Positions 40,208 through 48,599 of a stretch of 64,000 bases of DNA are shown piece after piece. The stretch is taken from assembly GCA_964597145.1 (NCBI GenBank), contig CAZQWH010000001.1, forward strand, positions 15,696-79,695, given 5' to 3'. The first letter of the stretch is position 1, and every line of letters begins with the position of its first letter. This DNA is from an uncultured Candidatus Saccharibacteria bacterium (GTDB lineage: Bacteria > Patescibacteriota > CAZHWT01). Made by a program: the position numbers and the translations under genes. The notes under the pieces are model-generated. The model was not told the DNA's origin, did not search any database, and worked only from the letters and a program-made list of their open reading frames with translations.

Positions 40208-41359
40208 ATGCCCAAAGATTATTACGAAACCCTAGGAGTCAGCCAGGATTCATCCGCTGATGACATAAAAAAAGCCTATCGCAAAGCGGCAGTCCAGTTT
40301 CATCCGGATAAGGCTAAAGGCGCAGATCAGAAAAAAGAGTTCGAGGCTAAATTTAAAGAGCTAAATAAGGCCTATGATGTGCTCAAGGATCCGCAGAAAA
40401 AAGCGGCTTACGATTCGTATGGCCATGCGGCGTTTGAGCAGGGTGGATTTAACAATGCCAGTGGTGGAGGTAATCCTTTTGCTGGAGCTAGCGGATTTGG
40501 TGGGTTCGACTTTAACCAAGGTGCAGCCGGCGGATTCTCCGGTGAAGATATTTTTGAAATGTTCTTTGGCCGCCAAGGAGGGGGGCGCGCTAGTAGTCGT
40601 CGCACAGCCACTAAGGGCCGCGATCTTCATTATGCCTTGTCTATATCCTTTGAAGCCGCAGTCCATGGTGGACAAGAAAAAATCCAGCTCACTCACCTGG
40701 CCACCTGTCACACTTGTAAAGGCTCTGGTAGCGCTAAAAATTCTAAGCCCCAAACCTGCGATCGTTGTGGGGGTAGCGGAGAAGTAACCCAGTCTACCCA
40801 ATCTATATTTGGCCAGTTCGCCACGGTTACCGTCTGTCCTAAATGTCATGGCGAAGGGAAAGTAATTAAGGACCCTTGCCCAACATGTAGCGGTAGTGGC
40901 CGGGAAAAAGAAACGGAAGAGTTAACCATAACTGTCCCCGAAGGTGTCGACACTGGCACCGAAATCCGATTTGGTGGTCGTGGTGATGCTGGCTTACGCG
41001 GCGCTCCAGCTGGCGATCTCTATTTAGAATTTAGAGTCAAGCCGCATCGCTATTTTACCCGCCGTGGTAACGATATTTATCTTAACCTACCTCTCACCCT
41101 CAGTCAGGCCGCGTTAGGGGATACCATGGAAGTTCCCACCATCGACGGCACAACCAAAATCAAAATTCCAGCCGGGGTTAGCAACGGCACCCAAATTAAA
41201 GTAGCCAACAAAGGCGTGTCGCGGCTTGGTAGTAGTGGCCGTGGCGACCAGTACCTAACCGTCGATTTACAAATGCCCACCAAGCCCAGCGGCCAAGAAA
41301 AAAAACTGCTGGAGCAATTAGCCAAGGTCGAGTCAAAGCCAAACTTGCCCTGGAAGTAA
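40208..41359 (+). CDS. dnaJ: molecular chaperone DnaJ
   Basis: J-domain HPD, G/F-rich region, and four CxxCxGxG zinc-finger repeats. Confidence 0.95.
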   Translation: MPKDYYETLGVSQDSSADDIKKAYRKAAVQFHPDKAKGADQKKEFEAKFKELNKAYDVLKDPQKKAAYDSYGHAAFEQGGFNNASGGGNPFAGASGFGGFDFNQGAAGGFSGEDIFEMFFGRQGGGRASSRRTATKGRDLHYALSISFEAAVHGGQEKIQLTHLATCHTCKGSGSAKNSKPQTCDRCGGSGEVTQSTQSIFGQFATVTVCPKCHGEGKVIKDPCPTCSGSGREKETEELTITVPEGVDTGTEIRFGGRGDAGLRGAPAGDLYLEFRVKPHRYFTRRGNDIYLNLPLTLSQAALGDTMEVPTIDGTTKIKIPAGVSNGTQIKVANKGVSRLGSSGRGDQYLTVDLQMPTKPSGQEKKLLEQLAKVESKPNLPWK

Positions 41360-41433
41360 ATTTACTCGCGTAGCAATGTATGATATAAGCTGTAAAACCC
41401 CGACAGTTTGCATTTCGGCACCAAGGAGACGCC

Positions 41434-41823
41434 ATGAAGGCTTATGTCACCTGTCCGGTGAGTCATACTCAAGACCGGCTTAAGCTACTCCCGAGAATTC
41501 GGCAAGTTGTCGAAAGCTCTGGAATGGACGTATTTGTGTTTGAGGTGGGCGGCGATCCAGAGGAGATTTTTGCACGCGATTATCATCAATTGAGCGTAAG
41601 CGATGTGCTGATTGCTGAGGTTTCGGAGCGAAGTCATGGAGTTGGAGTTGAGATTGGATTGTCGTACAGTCTAGGCTTGAAGAGAATCTTGCTTCATGAC
41701 AAAGGCCAGTTTGTCACTAAGCTGGCTCGGGGTATGCCCGATACGGTGATTATCGAGTATGCAACGGTTGAGGAACTGGAGAGTCAGTTGAGGAATACTT
41801 TAGAGTTGATCTTGGCTGACTAA
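41434..41823 (+). CDS. nucleoside 2-deoxyribosyltransferase-like (Rossmann-like) protein
   Basis: MKAYVTCPVS...AEVSERSHGVGVEIGLSYSLGLKRIL fits the NDT/YtoQ-like pattern. Tentative. Confidence 0.4.
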   Translation: MKAYVTCPVSHTQDRLKLLPRIRQVVESSGMDVFVFEVGGDPEEIFARDYHQLSVSDVLIAEVSERSHGVGVEIGLSYSLGLKRILLHDKGQFVTKLARGMPDTVIIEYATVEELESQLRNTLELILAD

Positions 41824-42255
41824 TCATCTGCGTCTTGTTGTAGTTCGACAAGGCGCAGATAGTTTATATGCTCATACCTCTGTTCATGTAAGTTATCAGG
41901 GTTATAATAGATCCTACCGACAGATTTACCAACTATACCGTGAGAGTAGGCATGGCCAAGTTTATTAGACCCTGAGCAATCTTGTGGAAAGTGGATGAAA
42001 GAGAAGCTGGCTGGTGCAACGTGGTGCGATGAGGGCTGCTCCGAAATACTTTGGAGTTTAAACTAAAACTTCCTGCGAAGACAGGAGTCAAGCTATTTAG
42101 TAGTCACTCTATTTGACAAAAGACCTATAGTATTATAGTATAGTAAACACATCTCCTCTTGTCCAAATAGTACGTATAGCAGGTGCGTATTATTTGGACA
42201 ACAAGCCAAGTTCAAGCTGGATGGTCTAGGTCGAACTTGGCCGGAGGAGTAAAAT

Positions 42256-42528
42256 ATGCATGCGTTGCTGATTTCCGAGGACGACTTTCGAAGCACTATA
42301 TTGGTCGATGGGCCAGAGTGCTCTGAAGAGATGGTGCACAAGCTGGCAAGTGTCATATGGACTGGAGCCAGTAGCCAAACCTCTGCCGAAAATAAGAGCA
42401 TTGAAGTCGCTGCTGTCGGAAGCATCACTCGCATTACTGCCCCAGATACCTGGTTGCTGCATCTCAGCATTAATAATGGTAACCTGGAGCAGCGAATGAA
42501 AGACATCTTCAACCTGATTGGGGGCTAG
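42256..42528 (+). CDS. small hypothetical protein
   Basis: GGAGG SD 8 nt upstream. A terminator follows. Confidence 0.4.
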   Translation: MHALLISEDDFRSTILVDGPECSEEMVHKLASVIWTGASSQTSAENKSIEVAAVGSITRITAPDTWLLHLSINNGNLEQRMKDIFNLIGG

Positions 42529-42562
42529 CTATCCTTCCGTTCAAGTAGAAAATTGATAAGAG

Positions 42563-42598
42563 TAGCGCCGGTGAGGTCAACCCTCCCCGGCGCTTTTT
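42563..42598 (+). terminator. rho-independent terminator
   Basis: agcgccgg-N16-ccggcgct followed by TTTTT. Confidence 0.7.
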
Positions 42599-42669
42599 CA
42601 AATCTTTCCCGCCATCCCCGCATACCAGCATACTTGCATACCAACCTATCAACCATGTATGAAAATTAT

Positions 42670-42712
42670 TACAGAGATAAATCATATTAATTATATAATA
42701 TATTATATAATT
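42670..42712 (+). promoter_or_regulatory. promoter-like element ACAGAGATAA-N8-TTAATTATATAATATATTATATAAT (copy 2)
   Basis: Same composite as at 56643-56685 and, degenerately, 46729-46752. Confidence 0.55.
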
Positions 42713-43106
42713 AATTACACTACTGAAATTTCAAAAACATCATCAAATTACTCTATGGCAATCAAATTAATTAAAGACTACAAAGGGGCAAGCTCATCTT
42801 GACTGAAGCAGGTAAATTTGCTATAGTGCAAAAGATTTTGAATGTAGCTGTGGTAGTGTATGAAGGCGGTCCAATAGGTCCGTTTTTTTATTACACATAG
42901 CTTGTTAAAAATGTTGAATAATGAAAAGTGGAAATGATAAAACTAATTCGAAATAATATCACTTTAAAGAAATTTTAAAGAAATGGATTAGTTTTTTCGC
43001 TATTCGCTATTCGAATTTCAGATTTGAACTACTTAGATTCTCAGGCAAGCTGAGAATGACACAAATAATGCGAGGCTAGTGGATTAGTCCGCAAGGAGAA
43101 TTTTTT

Positions 43107-44330
43107 ATGCGAACAGAATTTATGGCAGCCATGAACCAGGTAGCCTCCGAGCGCGGGATCGATGTTTCTATCATTTTAGAAACCCTACAGCACGCCTTGG
43201 TCGCCGCCTATAAAAAAGATTATGGCGAGGTTGGAGAAGAGGAAGAGTTGTGGGCCGATATTGACCCCGATACCGGCGAAGTTAAGATTATGCACGAAGG
43301 CAAAGACGTAACTCCAGCCGGTTTTGGCCGCATTGCCGCTCAAACAGCTAAGCAGGTTATTTTGCAGCGCATTCGTGAAGCTGAAAAAGAGGCTATCATG
43401 ATCGACTTTGAAAAGAAGGTTGGCACCGTGATTTCGGCTATGGTTCAGCGCAAAGAGGTGCCAAACTGGATACTCGATATTGGCCGGACTGTTGGAGTTA
43501 TGCCGCCGCAAGAGCAAGTATATGGCGAGAATTATCGGTTAAATCAGCGGTTAAAGGTCTATGTTTCCGAAATTAAAGAAGGTCCTCGTGGTCAAGAAAT
43601 TATCTTATCTCGCTCTCACCCCAATCTGCTGGCCGCTTTATTCGAGCTAGAAGTTCCCGAAGTAGCTTCGGGATCGGTTGAAATTAAAGGCATTGCTCGT
43701 GAAGCCGGTTTCCGCTCGAAAGTTGCCGTCTCTTCAAACCAAGACGGTGTTGACCCAGTTGGTTCGTGTGTCGGTCAAAAAGGTGTTCGAGTTCAGGCAA
43801 TTACCAACGAATTAGGCGGTGAAAAGCTAGATTTAATTTTATGGAGTCCAGATACTGAACGCTTCATCGTTGCATCATTGTCACCGGCTAAGGCAATTGA
43901 TATTGAAGTAGACTCCGAAGAAAAAACGGCAAAAGTAACGGTATTAGACGATCAGTTATCGTTAGCTATTGGTAAAGAAGGCCAAAATGTCCGGTTAGCC
44001 GCTAAGCTAACTGGTTACCGCATAGACATTGCTGGTGAAACAATTGGCGTCGAACCAGCCGCGGCTTCTGGCGGAGAGGTCTTACAAGAGGTCGAAGTAA
44101 GTCCTGATTCTGAAATTGATTCAGCGACCGCCGAAGAAGCAACCGAAACCGTCCAGTCTCAAAAAGAAGCTGGTGCACCGGAAGAAGTAGCCGAAATCAA
44201 AGCTGAAATGGCGGAAGAGGTCGAGGAGGTTGCTGAAGCGATCGAATCAGTTGAAGCTGAAGCTGAGTCATCCGATGGCGATGCCGAAGCTAAGCCCAAG
44301 AAGAAAACCAGCAAAAAGGCAGCAAAATAA
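43107..44330 (+). CDS. nusA: transcription termination/antitermination factor NusA (with acidic C-terminal tail)
   Basis: NusA N-terminal domain, S1, and KH1/KH2 regions (MAAMNQVASERGIDVSIILETLQHALVAAYKK...). Confidence 0.9.
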   Translation: MRTEFMAAMNQVASERGIDVSIILETLQHALVAAYKKDYGEVGEEEELWADIDPDTGEVKIMHEGKDVTPAGFGRIAAQTAKQVILQRIREAEKEAIMIDFEKKVGTVISAMVQRKEVPNWILDIGRTVGVMPPQEQVYGENYRLNQRLKVYVSEIKEGPRGQEIILSRSHPNLLAALFELEVPEVASGSVEIKGIAREAGFRSKVAVSSNQDGVDPVGSCVGQKGVRVQAITNELGGEKLDLILWSPDTERFIVASLSPAKAIDIEVDSEEKTAKVTVLDDQLSLAIGKEGQNVRLAAKLTGYRIDIAGETIGVEPAAASGGEVLQEVEVSPDSEIDSATAEEATETVQSQKEAGAPEEVAEIKAEMAEEVEEVAEAIESVEAEAESSDGDAEAKPKKKTSKKAAK

Positions 44331-44432
44331 GCATTGGTCGACAGTCGACAGTCGGTCATGTTAAGTTACTTAGGTAACTTAGGGTACTTAAGTAACTTAA
44401 AACCCATAAACTAAGAACTAAAAACGATATAT

Positions 44433-45953
44433 ATGGCTAAGAAAGACAAAAAACCCACAACCGAAATGCAAGTCAAACCACCCGTTGTAACCGTAATGGG
44501 TCATGTTGACCATGGTAAAACCAGCCTGCTCGATGCCATCCGTCAAACCAATGTTACTGCTGGTGAAAGCGGCGGTATTACCCAGCACATTGGCGCATAC
44601 CAGGTGGTACATAATAAGCAGCCCATCACCTTCATTGACACTCCTGGCCATGCGGCATTTACGCAAATGCGCGTCCGGGGCGCTCAAGTAACCAATATTG
44701 TGGTGCTGGTGGTAGCCGCCGATGACGGTGTCATGCCTCAAACCAAAGAGGCCATTGCCCACGCCCAAGCCGCTGGTGCACCTATGATTGTGGCTTTAAA
44801 TAAAATCGATACCGAAGGAGCTCAACCCGACCGGGTTAAAGACCAGCTCTCCCGTGAAGGGGTGTTGGTTGAAGGCTATGGTGGCGATGTGCCAGTTGTT
44901 GAAACCTCAGCTATTCAGAAAAAAGGTATCAACGAGCTTTTAGATATGATTCTATTAGTAGCAGAAATGCAAGAGTTAAAACCCGAATTAAACACTCCGG
45001 CCGAAGCCGTAGTCATCGAAAGCCACCAGGATGCCAAGCGCGGGGCAATTGCCACTCTGCTCGTGCAAAAAGGGGTATTGGCGGTGGGCGATGTGGTTAT
45101 TTCCGACACAGTCGTTGGTAAAGTGCGAGCAATGGCCAATGATAAAGGCCAGGCTATCCGGCAAGCCCTGCCAGCCTCACCAGCAGAAGTATTAGGATTA
45201 CGGGCTGTGCCAACGGTCGGGCATGTTGTTGAAGTGGTGTCAAATGAAAAAGAAGCACTAGCTTTAGCCCAGCAGCGCCAAGCTGAACAGACTCGCCAAA
45301 CTGAAATAGCCGAGGCAGCCGCGGTTACCGATCTCAGTCAATTATTCGACAACACCGGGAGTAACCGAGAGTTAAAATTAGTCATCAAAGCCGATACTCA
45401 AGGTTCATTGGAAGCAATTATCGAAAGTATTCGAGCCATGGAGTCTGAGGAGGGTGATACACCTCGGTTTATCTTAACCGGCACCGGCAATGTATCCGAA
45501 TCAGATGTGTTGTTAGCCTCAACTGCTCAAGCCTTATTGTTGGCCTTCCGGGTAAAGGTAGATCCTGCCGCTCAAAATGCACTCAACCAGGAAAAGGTCA
45601 TGATGCAGCAGTACGAGGTTATTTATCAATTACTCGAAGATGTTGAAGATGTGCTAGCTGGAGGCATCCCCGAAAAAGAAGTGCCCATCAAAGGCCGGGC
45701 CGAAGTGTTGCAGACCTTCGAATTACCCTCAGGTGACATCGTCGCTGGATGCCGCATTACCGACGGTATGATCCGCAAAAACTGGCGAGTCAAAGTCACT
45801 CGCGACGAAGAAGTAGTAGTAGAAGAAGCCACCGTCACCGAAATCCGCCATGGCCGGGAGAAGGTCAACGAATCCAAAAAGAATTCCGAGTGCGGCATTT
45901 TGCTTAAGCCGGGGTTTGAGTTTAAGACTGGCGATGTGATTGAAGCACTGTAA
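44433..45953 (+). CDS. infB: translation initiation factor IF-2 (short form lacking the N-terminal domains)
   Basis: G-domain VVTVMGHVDHGKTSLLDAIR, DTPGH and NKID. Confidence 0.9.
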   Translation: MAKKDKKPTTEMQVKPPVVTVMGHVDHGKTSLLDAIRQTNVTAGESGGITQHIGAYQVVHNKQPITFIDTPGHAAFTQMRVRGAQVTNIVVLVVAADDGVMPQTKEAIAHAQAAGAPMIVALNKIDTEGAQPDRVKDQLSREGVLVEGYGGDVPVVETSAIQKKGINELLDMILLVAEMQELKPELNTPAEAVVIESHQDAKRGAIATLLVQKGVLAVGDVVISDTVVGKVRAMANDKGQAIRQALPASPAEVLGLRAVPTVGHVVEVVSNEKEALALAQQRQAEQTRQTEIAEAAAVTDLSQLFDNTGSNRELKLVIKADTQGSLEAIIESIRAMESEEGDTPRFILTGTGNVSESDVLLASTAQALLLAFRVKVDPAAQNALNQEKVMMQQYEVIYQLLEDVEDVLAGGIPEKEVPIKGRAEVLQTFELPSGDIVAGCRITDGMIRKNWRVKVTRDEEVVVEEATVTEIRHGREKVNESKKNSECGILLKPGFEFKTGDVIEAL

Positions 45954-46020
45954 AATTGTGAAGTAGCTTACATAGTTGCAAACTTTAAGTATCTTAAGAC
46001 ACGTAAGTTGCTTAGGTTGC

Positions 46021-46569
46021 TTATTTTTTAAATTTAAAGGTTTTTCTGTTGGTATAAAGCATTTCAGTTATTCCTCCATATTGTTCAAATTGAGTAATAA
46101 GAGAAACAATCTGCCTATTGAGCAAATATGTCACAATATGGCACAGGGTGATATTGAGGTTCGCTGCCAGTTCAGCATCTGGCGGGAGATTAGGTTTTAC
46201 AACTATGTTGCCTGAGTCACTTAAGTTACATAGACTGCTTAAGGCGTAGGCCCTGTGGCGAAAGTTAGTTATTCGTGAATCACTTTTGGCAAATATACTT
46301 AAGTTATTTTGCCTTAAGTAATCTTCGTAATCAGACAATAATTCTTCAAACGAGGCTTTAGCAACTCCAAGTAATTTAATTTCCCCTCGTTTGGATGTCT
46401 GAGATTGTCCGACTCCTTCAACTATGTTTTGTTTGCCACTACGCGCAGCTTGAATCATTTGGTCATTAGTCCGGCTAAACTTATGGATGAATAAGGTGCA
46501 AAATTGAAAATTGAGGTCTTGAATTATTTCTGCATAGCGATACGTAAGCAGGTACTTTACTTGGTTCAT
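46021..46569 (-). CDS. four-helix-bundle protein (23S-rRNA-IVS-protein-like, TIGR02436-type) with C-terminal extension
   Basis: YRYAEIIQDL..F.......RSGKQNIVEGVGQSQTSKRGEIKLLGVAKASFEEL matches the four-helix-bundle protein family pattern. It is encoded antisense within the nusA...pnp gene string. Confidence 0.5.
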   Translation of the reverse strand: MNQVKYLLTYRYAEIIQDLNFQFCTLFIHKFSRTNDQMIQAARSGKQNIVEGVGQSQTSKRGEIKLLGVAKASFEELLSDYEDYLRQNNLSIFAKSDSRITNFRHRAYALSSLCNLSDSGNIVVKPNLPPDAELAANLNITLCHIVTYLLNRQIVSLITQFEQYGGITEMLYTNRKTFKFKK

Positions 46570-46769
46570 ATATAATAATTACCAAATAAAACCCGAAACA
46601 ACAACAAACAAGCAATGCAGTAAGTGAGTTAAGTATCTAAAGGTGCTTAAGCCGCTTAGACATACGACTTCCGTTGACTTCCTATAGGTTCTATGATATA
46701 ACGTACTATCAGTCTAAATTTCATATATTTACAGAGATAAAATTATTATAATATAAAAATATTTGGCTT

Positions 46770-47969
46770 ATGCAAGTAAACGATACCGTACAACAAATTA
46801 AAGATATTTTTACTAACCCGGCCGTCAAGCGAGTCCTAGTCACCAGTGGTAAAAACGTTGACCCCGATGCGCTCGGCTCAGCCTTAGCCATCGCCTCAGT
46901 GCTCGATGCCATGGATAAACAAGTCAATGTAGCCATAGAGGAATTTGATCCAGCTAAGATGTCATTTTTACCAGGAATTGAGCGGGTGCAGTCGAGTATT
47001 GGCCAAAAAAGTTTAGTAGTGTCAATTGATGTGGGCGCTAACCCTATTGAGCGAATTAACTATAATTCCGACGACACCACTTTTAATTTAATCTTAACCC
47101 CCAAAGCAGGCCAAGTCGATGTGGATCAAATCCAATATTCGTATGCGGGTCTCTCATACGACGCAATTGTGGTTGTAGACACCTCAGCCAAAGCCTTAGT
47201 CGGCGAATGGATAAATAACTTTGCCAAGGAGTTGCGTGATATTCCAGTTATTAATATAGACCATCACGCCGACAATGGCCTGTATGGTACGTTAAATTTA
47301 GTCCAATCAGACAAAGCTTCGGCTACTATGGTGGTGTATGAATTACTCAAAAAATTAGAGCAACCACTTACCCAGACAATAGCTACCAATTTATTAGCCG
47401 GCATATTATCGGATACAAATGGATTTATTAACCGCAATGCCGATGCAGCCTCACTTCAGGTAGCTGCCGAACTAGTGGCTGCTGGGGCCGATTTGCACGG
47501 CCTGACTCAAGCTCTATTTAAAACCATGAATCTGCCCGCCTTGCGCTTGTGGGGTCGAGTTCTGTCGCGGGTAGAGATGGTCGATCCAGGCATAGTTATA
47601 ACCGATGTACAACTAGAAGATATTGCCACAACCGGCGCTTCCCAGGCCGATGAAGAAACACTCAGCACCATAGTTAATACTTATATTCCTTCAGTTCCAC
47701 AGGCCTTGGTAGGGGTTGTCTTAAAAGAGAAGGAAAACGGAGAGGTGCGTGGCAGCTTGCGCTCAATTAACCCCAACGTCAATGTGCAGGTTATGGCCTC
47801 CCAACTAGGTGGAGGTGGGCATATCCTAGCCGCTGGCTTTAAGTTAGATAAAACCACTCTAAATAAAGCCCGAGAATCAGTGGTAAAAGTCGTTCGCAAT
47901 CAGTTAGAAAAACAATCATTATCTCAAGAGAAAGGTTCGGAAAAATCAAACGAAACCAGCAACAACTAA
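46770..47969 (+). CDS. DHH/DHHA1-family phosphoesterase (NrnA-like bifunctional oligoribonuclease / pAp phosphatase)
   Basis: DPDALGSALAI...INIDHHADN (DHH motif) ...GGGHILAAGF (DHHA1 GGGH motif). A -35/-10-like box (TTTACA...TATAAT) lies 20-40 nt upstream. Confidence 0.75.
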   Translation: MQVNDTVQQIKDIFTNPAVKRVLVTSGKNVDPDALGSALAIASVLDAMDKQVNVAIEEFDPAKMSFLPGIERVQSSIGQKSLVVSIDVGANPIERINYNSDDTTFNLILTPKAGQVDVDQIQYSYAGLSYDAIVVVDTSAKALVGEWINNFAKELRDIPVINIDHHADNGLYGTLNLVQSDKASATMVVYELLKKLEQPLTQTIATNLLAGILSDTNGFINRNADAASLQVAAELVAAGADLHGLTQALFKTMNLPALRLWGRVLSRVEMVDPGIVITDVQLEDIATTGASQADEETLSTIVNTYIPSVPQALVGVVLKEKENGEVRGSLRSINPNVNVQVMASQLGGGGHILAAGFKLDKTTLNKARESVVKVVRNQLEKQSLSQEKGSEKSNETSNN

Positions 47970-48091
47970 GCAAGAGTTGCAAAGCGCCTATAGTTTCTGG
48001 TAAGATACTGCAGTTGCAATTCCCTTGCCACAGAAATCACAGTACGCTACAATGAATAAGCAAAGCGTTTGAATAGACGAAATTAATTATT

Positions 48092-48361
48092 ATGGCCCTG
48101 AAAAAAGATAACAAAACTGAAATTATTACGGCATACAAGACACACGAAGGTGACACTGGTTCACCAGAGGTGCAGATTGCCTTATTGACTGAGCAGATTA
48201 AGAAACTGACCGATCACCTAAAAGAGCATCCAGGTGACGATCATTCTCGACGTGGTTTATTGCAAATGGTAGGTAAGCGCCGACGATTATTGCGTTACCT
48301 AACTAAGAAAGATGCAGACCGATACCAAATGGTGCTGCAGAAGCTAAATTTGAAACAATAA
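48092..48361 (+). CDS. rpsO: 30S ribosomal protein S15
   Basis: [70 protein letters not shown]. Confidence 0.92.
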   Translation: MALKKDNKTEIITAYKTHEGDTGSPEVQIALLTEQIKKLTDHLKEHPGDDHSRRGLLQMVGKRRRLLRYLTKKDADRYQMVLQKLNLKQ

Positions 48362-48369
48362 ACAATTAA

Positions 48370-48480
48370 ATTCAAAATCAGAATAGCGAAATTAGAAACA
48401 AGATTTAAATTAGAAAAACTAAAATTTGCGATTTCATATTTCAAATTTCTGGCTTTAATGAATTATTAAAAGCAATTATT
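48370..48480. repeat. AT-rich inverted-repeat spacer between rpsO and pnp (gaaattagaaa / tttcaaatttc word family)
   Basis: cgaaattagaaacaagatttaaattagaaaaactaaaatttgcgatttcatatttcaaatttctgg. Confidence 0.55.
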
Positions 48481-48599
48481 TTAGGAGGTGGGTTGGCTGA
48501 TTAACAAGTTGGGAATGGTAACGTTTGGTAGAAAATAACTATTATTTTCTTTCAATCCTTACTATCCCCGCTAGGACATCTCCTAACCCTATACAATCT

